A stretch of 64,000 nucleotides of DNA, taken from the NCBI GenBank assembly GCA_965649765.1, contig OZ287757.1, forward strand, positions 29,512,001 to 29,576,000. Direction: 5' to 3'. Below the pieces are notes generated by a model that had not been told where the DNA came from, made no database searches, and worked only from the letters and a program-made list of their open reading frames with translations. Shown here piece after piece: positions 1-9,932 of the stretch. The first letter of the stretch is position 1. Every line of letters begins with the position of its first letter. A program made the position numbers and the translations under genes. This stretch comes from Bispira polyomma (Eukaryota).

Positions 1-705
1 TTAACCATGTAGGGTCGGACAAGATGGTGCCAATTTTGACCGATTGGAATCTATCAGACAAATACGCCGTGAACCATTTAAGTGCAGTACCGTTGATACC
101 AAACCAAGACGATAGGCACTCAAGAAGAACTTTGTGATCAATAGTATCAAATGCAGATCCAGCAGTTCTAAGGCAGTAGGCATACCTTTAGATAAAGATA
201 TATGAATGTCATTTTTGATGCAGAGTAGTGCAGTCTCTGTAGAACGACCACTTCTGTACACTGACTGATACTTATTGCATAGATTACTAACGTCGAGGTG
301 TTGTTTGATCTGTAAGGCGACCACTCGTTCAACCAACTTAGAGAAAAAGCAAAGGCCTGAGACAGGACAGTAGTTTTTCAAGTCAGCCTTTGGGAGAGAA
401 GATTTTTTTATTAAAGGAGTGACAATGGCTTTTTTAAAATCATTTGGAAAGACCAATGAGAGGTTAACAAGTTTTGTGATTGAGGGCAATAAAATGTCAA
501 TACATTCCTTAACAAGGAATGTAGGCCACGGATCTAACAAGCAAGATTTTACGGGTGATGTAAGTATAACTTTCCTGACCTCATCAACAGTTACTGTGGA
601 GAAACAGTTGAAGATGGTTGGTGGAGCTGATGGTAAAGGAGCATTTGGGGCAGCTGATGTAAAACTATCACGGATTCTGGTAATTTTATCAGTAAAAAAT
701 ATCTA
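1..705 (-). mobile_element. L2/CR1-clade LINE ORF2 fragment (pre-RT/RT), 5'-truncated, runs off the left edge
   Basis: Minus-strand reading IFFTDKITRIRD...KSCLLDPWPTFLVKECIDILLPSITKLVNLSL...KKAIVTPLIKK...KNY(C)PVS...STETALL. Clearly homologous to the LINE ORF at 22391-23266; frameshifted near LLDL. Confidence 0.9.
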
Positions 706-722
706 ACGGATTATCCGGGGTA

Positions 723-2780
723 ATGGCCATATTGCAGCGTCTCGAGTCGGCAAACGCTGACATTAACAAAAGACTAGACCAAGTAGAACTGAAAGGGTCA
801 GTTAATTCAACCCCTTTGACGTCCCCCGTAATACCAGTCAGGAACAACACTATGCTAGATTTACGTCCTCACGCAGCGTTGCCATTACCCCCGAATCTGC
901 GTCCAGGTCAGACTGCTCAGCAGCTGGGTCACTCAACTTCGTATACTGGCCACCAACATCACGACTACCAACGGGACGGCATCATTCCCAGGCTTGATGT
1001 TCTGAAATCCATCACGGACGTTAACGCCGCTGTGAACCAAAGGCTGGCTGGATATGACACCCAGCTACGACAAGACTTATCCCAAGGTAAGACTTCCTTA
1101 CGCCAAAAGTCCGGCCGTTACAACATCACAGACGTATGTGGTGTGGAACCCCAGTCACGTTGGGCTAATGAGGGATGGATAGGGGGAACAGCCCGAAAGA
1201 GGCCAAGCTTTGACGATCTTACTATGCCCCAATGGGCAGCCGGGCAACTCGCCAACATCGCCCAGGTTTCCGACCCCAATCTGATGAGGCAAATGCTGTA
1301 CCAGATGATATACTCATTCCGGGATGCAGACGCACTACCATGGACGGCAGTGAGGGCAGCATGGGGCGGGAATATGCAGCTGATCGAAGAGGGTCGACTC
1401 GACTGGTCGAACTCAATGCAATGGGCGTTGAACCACCTTAGCACTTCTCAGTTGGCACTCGTCAACCCTCAGACCACGCACCAGGTTCAGAAGGCAAAAG
1501 TTTTGTGCAAATACTATAATAATGGTTCTTGCACTAATGAAAATGATCATGGCCAATATAGGCATATTTGTAATTACTGTTACCGTAACCTAAACAAAGA
1601 AAGTGTTCACCCTGAACATAAATGTAGCAAAGTGAATGCTACTAAGAAGCCATCTGATGGCAACCAGTTAACAAAATGGGTAGCTAGTCAACGACCAAGT
1701 GGACGAACAATTGAACATGTTGTAAATTGCAATAATAGCAGTGGCATAGTTAGTAATTCTAATGTTAAAACTAATAGCTATTTTGGAAGTAAAGTAGGAA
1801 ATGAAACTAATGTCAATAACTCTAAGTATCATGTAATTGCTAGTAAAGAAGAAAAAATACAATGTGAAAGTACAGTGAACTTCTGGGAAAGTACAACTCA
1901 GAAAAGTACAGTTCATGAATATATACACCAGGTTGGGCATTATGAAGTTCATAATCCACTAATATATAGTGATATTGCTGCAATTGAATGTAACGTTTCT
2001 ACTATAAACTGTATATTTGTGTGTCCACAAGAAAATTGTCACGACCAGGTGGTATACTTGCACTTTCCAAAAAACGACAGCTGGTCAGGTTTCTGCTATG
2101 GGATAAAAAGTACCACAAGTGTTAGATATCAGTGTTTAGCCAATTTACCAGGCTTTCAGCTAATGGTTACTGATAAACAAAAGGTCAATATGTCTGTGCA
2201 AACTTGTTATCATGTATACCAGTATAATAATACTGACCGAGAACATGCTGATCTCAGGTTTCAAAACTATCACAGAGACCTTACCAGCTACCAGAAAGAT
2301 AATCATGATTATGTGCAATACATGTATAATATTATTGACATGCTTATTGAAAAAGATAATGTGATAATTAATGTTAATAAAGATAAAAAGGTTGGAAAGT
2401 CCAAGGTGAGTAGCAAACGAGCGCACACTCCGCCTGTGGATCACGTCGACGGGTTGTTCAGCCCCGACACGGGACACAGTTCTTCTTCTAAACTAAGTGA
2501 CATTAAGGACATTACAGACTCTTCCAAAAGTCTAGGCTTTATTAAACTTTCTAGAAAAACCTTCAATTTTACTGGACCTGACAGGGATTCAGTTCAGATA
2601 GATAGTATGAGTAAAATGACTGATATAGCAAACATTATTAGAAGTACAGGGGTGTCCAACTATAAGCAGGCACGCATTCCCATTAAATCTCAGTTGAACA
2701 TTAAGGCCTGGGAGGATATCACCCAGAACCACCCTGACAAAATAATTACACAATATTTAAAGTTTGGCTTTCCAACTTAA
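723..2780 (+). CDS. Gag-like protein fused in frame to the N-terminal part of Pol
   Basis: Coiled-coil N-terminus, core FDDLTMPQW...PWTAVRAAW...IEEGRLDW, and Cys/His finger CKYYNNGSC...H...HICNYC...HPEHKC. Then a ~300 aa linker and the DIRS-type RT start SQLNIKAWE...PD...YLKFGFP, broken by a frameshift. Confidence 0.8.
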   Translation: MAILQRLESANADINKRLDQVELKGSVNSTPLTSPVIPVRNNTMLDLRPHAALPLPPNLRPGQTAQQLGHSTSYTGHQHHDYQRDGIIPRLDVLKSITDVNAAVNQRLAGYDTQLRQDLSQGKTSLRQKSGRYNITDVCGVEPQSRWANEGWIGGTARKRPSFDDLTMPQWAAGQLANIAQVSDPNLMRQMLYQMIYSFRDADALPWTAVRAAWGGNMQLIEEGRLDWSNSMQWALNHLSTSQLALVNPQTTHQVQKAKVLCKYYNNGSCTNENDHGQYRHICNYCYRNLNKESVHPEHKCSKVNATKKPSDGNQLTKWVASQRPSGRTIEHVVNCNNSSGIVSNSNVKTNSYFGSKVGNETNVNNSKYHVIASKEEKIQCESTVNFWESTTQKSTVHEYIHQVGHYEVHNPLIYSDIAAIECNVSTINCIFVCPQENCHDQVVYLHFPKNDSWSGFCYGIKSTTSVRYQCLANLPGFQLMVTDKQKVNMSVQTCYHVYQYNNTDREHADLRFQNYHRDLTSYQKDNHDYVQYMYNIIDMLIEKDNVIINVNKDKKVGKSKVSSKRAHTPPVDHVDGLFSPDTGHSSSSKLSDIKDITDSSKSLGFIKLSRKTFNFTGPDRDSVQIDSMSKMTDIANIIRSTGVSNYKQARIPIKSQLNIKAWEDITQNHPDKIITQYLKFGFPT

Positions 2781-3750
2781 CTCACAAGATATTACTAACC
2801 ACCACTCTGCTTTGCAATTTCCTAAGGCTATTGACGAATATCTGGATAAAGAAAAGAGTAAAGGTGCCATGTTGGGTCCTGTGGCCAACATCCCAGATTA
2901 TCATTTCCACTGCTCACCCTTACTTACTAGGCCCAAAGATGGCAGTAAGAGACGAGTCATTCTTAACCTCTCTTATCCGGTAGGTAATTCAGTTAATGAC
3001 AATGTTAGTCGGGGAATTTATGATGACACGGAATTCTCACTAAAATTCCCTAGTATTGACAATATAACTGCAAGTATTCGGGACACTGATAACCCACTTA
3101 TGTTTAAGGTAGACGTGGCCCGCGCATTCAGAAATTTAAGAGTCGATCCGGTGGACGCTTTAAAGCTGGGTATCAAACATAACGACCAGTATTACGTTGA
3201 CGCTGCCGTGGCGTTCGGCTGGGCCCACGGCAGTGCTATCTTTCAGCGATGTTCGGTTATCATAGCAGATCGGATGAAAACACTGGGTTATAACCTTCAT
3301 TGCTACATTGACGACTATGCTTGCATATGTCGGGAATCTCAGGCAAAACAAGGTTTTGAACACCTCTGCAAATTACTGAATTACGTAGGTCTTCCAATGA
3401 ATCCAGATAAGGTTTGTGCTCCCTCTACTAAGGTCACATTCTTGGGTATTGACATTGACATTACTAAGGGAACAATCAGTATAACTAAAGAAAAAATTGC
3501 TGAAATATTTCAAACATGTGTCGATACACGAAAAATATTCTGGATATCTCGTACAAATTTTCAATCAGTGCTAGGAAAATTGCTTTACATACACAAATGT
3601 GTAAAACCTGCCCGTTGCTTTATTAATCGTCTCCTTTCAGTTTTTAGGGCTTCCCCTGGAGTCAAGCGCTTCAAAATTACTAATAACATTAAAAGTGATT
3701 TAGACCGGTTCATTAATTTCTTTTTAATTACAACAGGGTCACATATATAA
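2764..3750 (+). CDS. Reverse transcriptase (DIRS/Ngaro type), frameshifted at both ends
   Basis: Motifs NHHSA, RPKDGSKRRVILNLS, MFKVDVARAFRNL, FGWAHGSAIFQ, catalytic CYIDD, FLGIDID, QSVLGKL. Confidence 0.92.
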   Translation: MAFQLNSQDITNHHSALQFPKAIDEYLDKEKSKGAMLGPVANIPDYHFHCSPLLTRPKDGSKRRVILNLSYPVGNSVNDNVSRGIYDDTEFSLKFPSIDNITASIRDTDNPLMFKVDVARAFRNLRVDPVDALKLGIKHNDQYYVDAAVAFGWAHGSAIFQRCSVIIADRMKTLGYNLHCYIDDYACICRESQAKQGFEHLCKLLNYVGLPMNPDKVCAPSTKVTFLGIDIDITKGTISITKEKIAEIFQTCVDTRKIFWISRTNFQSVLGKLLYIHKCVKPARCFINRLLSVFRASPGVKRFKITNNIKSDLDRFINFFLITTGSHI

Positions 3751-3779
3751 ATCCTCTCCCAATTAAGGCAAACAAGGAA

Positions 3780-4163
3780 ATGTATTTAGATGCATGCCTC
3801 ACAGGTTTGGGGGGCATTTGGAATGACCAAGTTTACTATACACCTATCTATAATGTTTACCAATATGACCTTCATATTACACAATTAGAGATGGTCAATA
3901 TTGTAGTGCCTTTGAAACTTTGGGGAGAAAATTGGGCTCACCAAAGGGTGACAGTCCATTGTGACAACATGGCAGTGGTCTTGGTCGTCCAGACTGGCAA
4001 AACTAGAGATCCATACTTAGCTGCTTGTATTCGCAACATTTGGTTGCTTACTTCAACACATGACATTACTTTAAAAATAGTACACATTAAGGGTAAAAAT
4101 AATATATTGGCGGATGCTTTGTCCCGAATCTATCTAAACAATCAATTAGGACAATCCTCCTAA
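3780..4163 (+). CDS. RNase H domain of the retrotransposon Pol (continuation of RT across a frameshift)
   Basis: YLDACLTGLGG, ITQLEMVNI, VHCDNMAV and HIKGKNNILADALSR give the D-E-D-D RNase H pattern typical of DIRS elements. Confidence 0.9.
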   Translation: MYLDACLTGLGGIWNDQVYYTPIYNVYQYDLHITQLEMVNIVVPLKLWGENWAHQRVTVHCDNMAVVLVVQTGKTRDPYLAACIRNIWLLTSTHDITLKIVHIKGKNNILADALSRIYLNNQLGQSS

Positions 4164-4241
4164 ACGTAGTATGATGCAGTTACTTAATCAGTATGAACGT
4201 AAACCAGTTCCAATTAGTCACTTTAATTTAAACCTTAACAT

Positions 4242-5228
4242 ATGATTTCAGGTGCTACATCATCATCTGACACCTTAGGGAGGGCAGCCATTGACAGAAT
4301 ACATGCTGCTCTCAGACCTTCTACCACAGCAGCATACTCTAGCCAATTCAGAACATACTTGTCGTTTCTACAGTATGTCCAAATACAGGACATCGCCGTC
4401 CACTCCGTACTAGCGTTTCTAGAATATCTGACACAGAACAATATATCTCCAAAAGTGGTGAACAATTACTTAGCAGGCATAAAGTTCATGTGTTTGAAAT
4501 ATAATCTCAATCATACAGTGCTCCAACATAACTCCATTGCTCTGTTCACACGTAGCCTCACTCACACTTCTTCTTTTAGACCAGCCCCTAAAAGAGTATT
4601 TGATGTCAAACAATTACTGTCAATTTCTGAAAATTGTGAAATACTTAGTGATCCCATACTCTACAGGGCCATATTTCTGGTAGCTTTCTATGGCTTCCTG
4701 CGCATGTCGAACATTGCCCCTCACTCCAGAAGGCAATTTGACCCCTCAAGGTACTTGCTGCGACAAGATTTGATATTTGGCCCTCCTGGGCTTCACATAA
4801 TCATCAAGTGGGCCAAAAACATGCAGGACCGGTCAAAGTCGCATGTGGTCCAATTACCAAAAATAAAAATACCACTCCTCTGCCCAGTACGGGCTCTACA
4901 GAACCTTCTACAATCCAGGAAAATCTCAGATCACTCCCCCGTCTTTGTAACTGCATCTCCCCCATACCACCCCATAATGGATTCACACGTTAGGGCAGCT
5001 TTGAGAACAGTATTACAACACATAGGCATAAATCACACCATACATGGCTTTCACACGTTCCGTAGATCCGGAGCTACCCTTGCTTTTAAGAACAATATAT
5101 CACTTCAAAACATCATTGCACACGGGCTGTGGCAGAGCTCTGCTGTATGGACATACCTACAACCAACTTCCCAAGCTGCCTCAATAATTCCTTCCACATT
5201 TGCAGAAATTATACCCTCTTCATTTTGA
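4242..5228 (+). CDS. Tyrosine recombinase (YR) of the Ngaro-like element
   Basis: Intact 328 aa ORF. N-terminal RPSTTAAY helical domain; catalytic residues in FYGFLRMSN (R), WAKN (K), GFHTFRRSGAT (HxxR) and HGLWQSSAVWTY (W, Y). Confidence 0.93.
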   Translation: MISGATSSSDTLGRAAIDRIHAALRPSTTAAYSSQFRTYLSFLQYVQIQDIAVHSVLAFLEYLTQNNISPKVVNNYLAGIKFMCLKYNLNHTVLQHNSIALFTRSLTHTSSFRPAPKRVFDVKQLLSISENCEILSDPILYRAIFLVAFYGFLRMSNIAPHSRRQFDPSRYLLRQDLIFGPPGLHIIIKWAKNMQDRSKSHVVQLPKIKIPLLCPVRALQNLLQSRKISDHSPVFVTASPPYHPIMDSHVRAALRTVLQHIGINHTIHGFHTFRRSGATLAFKNNISLQNIIAHGLWQSSAVWTYLQPTSQAASIIPSTFAEIIPSSF

Positions 5229-6157
5229 CTTTGGGTTTGGGCTTATTAAAAATTTTACACATATTTTAAAATTTTAAATATATCTCATAAACCTGTACAT
5301 AGATACTAACATGTACAGAAAATAAATCTCCAAACCTTAAAATTCTTGTTGTTATTTTATGACTTTACTTACCATCACACACTAACGGAACTGAATGACA
5401 ATAACCAATTTTAAAATTAAAAAGAAACAACAAACAAAATCAATTAAATCAAACTTGCGAGCTCCAGGAATTAGCTTCCTGTATTCTCACTGGGTAATAC
5501 CGGAAATTGGAGTCAATACCAGTGCCATGGCTCATCAAAACAATTTTCATATGCCTTGTTTGTCAAGCTTTGAATGCGTGGGATGAAATTATTGCTGCTT
5601 TAGTTTATTCCGTAGTTATAATGAAAAAATAATTAGTACTTTTCCTTCAAATGCTTGGTAACAAAAAGCTGGATTGTTGCCATGACGACAGATTCAAATC
5701 TGGTATTCAGTGCAAAAACATTCCCCACCGAAGATAGGTTCAGTACATTTCTTTAAAATGCCCAGAAATGAAAATCAAGATCATAGCAACAGGGCCAGAG
5801 TTGGGAATTAGACCAAAACCAATCCCAAGAAAGCTATTACTAAGACCAGTGAAGTCCGGAAATAAAAATACCTGTCATAATGGTATCCAATTAGGATAAG
5901 AAATTTATGCAAAGAAAGCTTTTTAATTTGATGTTGCCACAAGATTCCCTTTGATGTCTGGAAACAAAACGATGTCTGACCAAAAATAATATATCCCCAG
6001 ATAGACATAAAAATAAATGACAGATGTAAATGCACATAACAGAAAATTAGGACCAGTAACTGTACATTTTATTAAAGGTCACTACAATTTTATATATTCT
6101 TCAGATTTATATCTGAATATTTAATATTTATGCTACCAATATGTAAGCAATATTTGC

Positions 6158-7641
6158 GGAAATTTTGACTGAAAAATAAGCAAAATTAAAACAAAATACT
6201 ATAATTGCTACTTACCCTATGGGAGGTCTTAAAATGCCAGATAAATTCGCTGTTCATGTGGCCTCAAAGATAAGGTGGATCAAAAAGTTAATGAGTAATT
6301 CCTTAGGGAATAATAAATGGCATCCTTTGACATGGTACTTAGTAAATATAGAGAAACATAAAATAAAAAACACTTCCATGTATAATGAAATATAAGTGTC
6401 TTACACCATTTCATAAACAACTGTTTGATTGCTGGCAAGAAGTTAATGGTATAGTGCCCAACACCATAGAAGACATCTATAATGAATACATTTTGGATAA
6501 TAAATATATATGCTCTGATAAAAAAAAATTGAAGCTACCAAGTAACATTACACAGGCCCTTGTGGTGAAAGACATATTATCTCATCAAGGTCAAATATTA
6601 ACAAAACAAGAATTTGATATTAAATTTCAGATAAATATAGACATTCTTAGTTATAACAAGATCGTTAGTGCAATACCACAACAGTGGAAAGATAAAATTA
6701 AATGTTTACCGATTATTCGATCAGATTTAAGGAAAATTCCCAAAATAATTGTCAAAGGCACACTTACAGATCTTACAAAGGTCAAAAACAAAATTCTCTA
6801 TTGGGCAGTGGTCAATAATAAATTCCAACAACCAACAGAAATAGATAAATGGATAGATATGTACCCGTTTTTAGAAGTAGCCCCATGGCACAAAATTTTT
6901 GGGTCAATACATATATTTATAAAAGCACTTTATTTTCAATCTTTCAAATACAAGATTCTAAACAGAATTGTTAACCTTAATTATAATTTACATAAGTGGA
7001 AGATTAAAGACAGCTAATTATGCAACTGATGTGGATTAATACTATTGACATCATCTATATTAATGCACAAATTCTAAAGTCTTTTGGGGTGAAACAAAGA
7101 GGTGGATCAATAAGGTCATGAATATAAATAACTTTTGCGAAAATTCTGTCTGTGAAATTTTATTTGGAATTGAAGTAAAGGATAAACAATTAAGTATAAC
7201 TAATCAAATACAAAATCTGATTATATTGTTGGGCAAATGGTATATTAATAAAACTAGGACTAACAGTAATACAATAATCTTTGTCAATTTTTTAAGATTG
7301 GTGAAGTTAAAATTGGAGTCATATGAAAGAAGTCTTTTGTGCCCTGAGAACATTGAAAGAGTTGATAGAGAATTTCATATTAAACTAAAAACTATTATCA
7401 CAAAACTATAAGTAGAGACATGATTTTGGCAGTAATTTATATAATTATGTAAATGTAATTTATAATCAAGGAAATGGCAACAAATTGTGCATAATATCCA
7501 ATTGGTTTATATTTTTGTTACAAATTTATGTTCATAATCTTTTTTGGGGGGGATGATGTGCATCTTTTATACCACACTTGCATGTATGTATTATGTTTGC
7601 AACAACCCCCCCAAAAAAAACAATAAAAAAACAAAACAAAC
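6158..7641 (+). mobile_element. Tx1/L1-clade LINE, 5'-truncated 3' end with A-rich tail and 16-bp TSD
   Basis: GGLKMPD...KIRWIKKL, FQSFKYKILNRIV, decayed CCHC finger and EILFG...IILLGKWYI C-terminus. A-rich tail at 7613-7640. Perfect direct repeat tgtaagcaatatttgc at 6142-6157 and 7642-7657. Confidence 0.92.
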
Positions 7642-8235
7642 TGTAAGCAATATTTGCCTTGAATCAATACTGATACATTATTGGTTAATGTGTTGATAAA
7701 TTATCGGCGAGGTGATATTTGATACATTATTAATCGAGGGGTTGTAACCTTATTGTCTGGGTGAATTAATACATTATTGGTCAAAAGTTGATACAATTTT
7801 AGTTGTTGCTATGTTATTGGTTGTTAATATATTTGAGCTTTTTGATACAGTTATCAGTTGTATCTAAAGACTAACTGGCGGAGACATGTGACAACTACCG
7901 ACCCTAAATTAATTCAAACAAATAATCGCTCAATATGAAAATAACTAATTATATTAAACAATCACACTTGTCCATTAGTAAAATATAAACTAATCAGAAA
8001 CAAATATAAATGCAGCCGTTATTTACTTTGTTTACATTCCAAGTAAAACCGGAAATGAAATTTATTTAACCAAAATGGCAGACTTCCTGTTTCTTAGATG
8101 TATTTGAAACGATTCATAAAATAAAAATTTGTCACAACTAAATAACAAAACGTTTATTTTTAACAATTATTTTACTTATTTTGAGTAATACGAGTTTTTC
8201 ACTGGATAATATGCAAGATACATTTCATATGTTAA

Positions 8236-9212
8236 AATTTTCTACAACTATTCAGAGCCAATACAAATCATTAATGTCGACTAGCCAGCCTAACATTTTG
8301 CAGCCGTTACCTCCCTATTGCAAGTTGTTGATTCAAATCTGAATTTCACAATAAACTTGTCCATAACAGCATGATTTTTTGCAGCACAAAATATATTAAC
8401 TATTTCTCACCTTTTTCATCAAGTCTGAAAACTGATAGATATTGTATATGACCTTCATACCACTTTGAAACTTAGTCAAAACTCACAGCATTTTAGAATT
8501 TACTACAGCTATTCAGAGCCAATACGAAAAATTAATGGCGACTGGCCCGCCTAACATTTTGCAGCCGGTACCTCCCTATTGTCCAGTAGTAAATTCAAAT
8601 CTGAATTTCAAAATAAACTTGTCCATAAGAGCATGATTTTTTGCAGCACATAATATATTAACTATATCTCACCTTTTACATCAACTCTGAAAACTGATAG
8701 ATATTGTATATGACCTTCATATCAATTTGAACATTAATCAAAACTCACAGCATTTTAGAATTTGCTACAACTATTCAGAGCCAATACGAATAATTAATAA
8801 CGACTGGCGCGCCTAACATTTTGCAGCCGTTACCTCCCTATTGTCCAGTTGTAAATTCAAATCTGAATTTCAAAATAAACTTGTCTATAACAGCATGATT
8901 TTTTGTAGCACAAAATATGTTAACTATATCTCACCTTTTCCATCAACTCTGAAAACTTATAGATATTGTATATGACCTTCATACCACTTTAAACATTAGT
9001 CCAAACTCACAGCATTTTTGAATTTTCTACAACTATTCAGAGCCAATGCAAATCATTAATGGAGACTAGCCAGCCTAACATTTTGCAGCCGTTACCTCCC
9101 TATTGCCTAGTTGTAAATTCAATTCAGCATGATTTTTTGCAGCACAAAATTTATTAACTATATGTCACCTTTTACATTAACTCTGAAAACTCAAAGCTCA
9201 CAGCATTTTAGA
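8236..9212. repeat. Tandem repeat, ~262-bp unit, 3 full copies plus one internally deleted copy
   Basis: Anchor ttcagagcc recurs at 8251, 8512, 8774 and 9036; shared blocks gcctaacattttgcagccgttacctccctattg and agcatgattttttgcagcac. Confidence 0.95.
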
Positions 9213-9769
9213 AAACAATGTAAACAATACTTTAATGGGAAGCAATATACCTTCTGCAGTTGCCTATGTCGTGTGGTGTACTCTGGGAGACCAAGCGCCC
9301 TCTTGGCCACTGAACAGGACTTGTACAAAGCTCTCACAAATTCTGCACCACATGGGCCCTGGTTGCTAGTAGTAGCAGAGGCCCCCACCCTGGACATGTC
9401 TTCTACACCATAGGCACAGAGCACCACAAACATTACCAGTTGGTTCAGATATTTCATCTTGGCAGTATATTTGGTCAAGTGTGCTATCTTACTGCAGTAG
9501 TAGAAGTAGTAATAGTAGTAGTGTGGCATAATGTACCAAGACATCTAGATTATACTGGGTTTTTTTTGTTCCACGTTAAAAATGTAAGAAAATGGAATAA
9601 TTCTTAAGGGACCCTATCCTAGTTAAAATTCTCAGTAATGTGATGTAATGTATGATTAGAATAGTCTTAGTTCAACGTCGCCTTTAACACGTGCCTTATC
9701 ACACCGGTAGAAGAAATCATACCTGGGTAGTTGGCAAAGGCCAACCACCAGCCTACAGCAATTATGGGA

Positions 9770-9932
9770 CTTTAAGTGCTGGGAAAGTTGTCACTTACTT
9801 GCCGATGGTCGCCGATTTCCAGTGTCGCATCTTGACCAACTAGTATATACTTCTCCAGTACTCAAACTGCCCATCATGTTCTGACCTATATATAATGTGT
9901 TGCAAGCGACGTTAAACCCCAAATCAAAATTC
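9770..9932 (+). mobile_element. Decayed SINE 3' half, related to the young SINE family in this window
   Basis: gggaaagttg...cttgaccaact...gacgttaaaccccaaatcaaaattc parallels the core and tail of the 31898-32153 SINE. Confidence 0.55.

Larger units (their letters stand above)
706..5390 (+). mobile_element. Ngaro-like (DIRS order) tyrosine-recombinase retrotransposon, copy 1; nearly complete coding region, 5' end cut by a LINE
   Basis: Order gag - RT - RNase H - tyrosine recombinase on one strand, with no methyltransferase between RNase H and YR. Two frameshifts in pol (about 2775 and 3720). Terminal repeats not identified, so the ends are approximate. Confidence 0.88.

Noticed and set aside
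1118-1444. Antisense and alternate-frame ORFs inside gag
   Set aside because: Expected in a GC-richer coding stretch; no recognisable motifs.
4242-5228. Phage integrase / prophage, or a bacterial RT-integrase system
   Set aside because: The context is gag-RT-RNase H-YR in intron-rich animal DNA, which is a DIRS-order retrotransposon.
9129-9544. Overlapping 94 and 117 aa ORFs
   Set aside because: They start in a tandem repeat or a (gta)n tract, with no domain signature or splice support.
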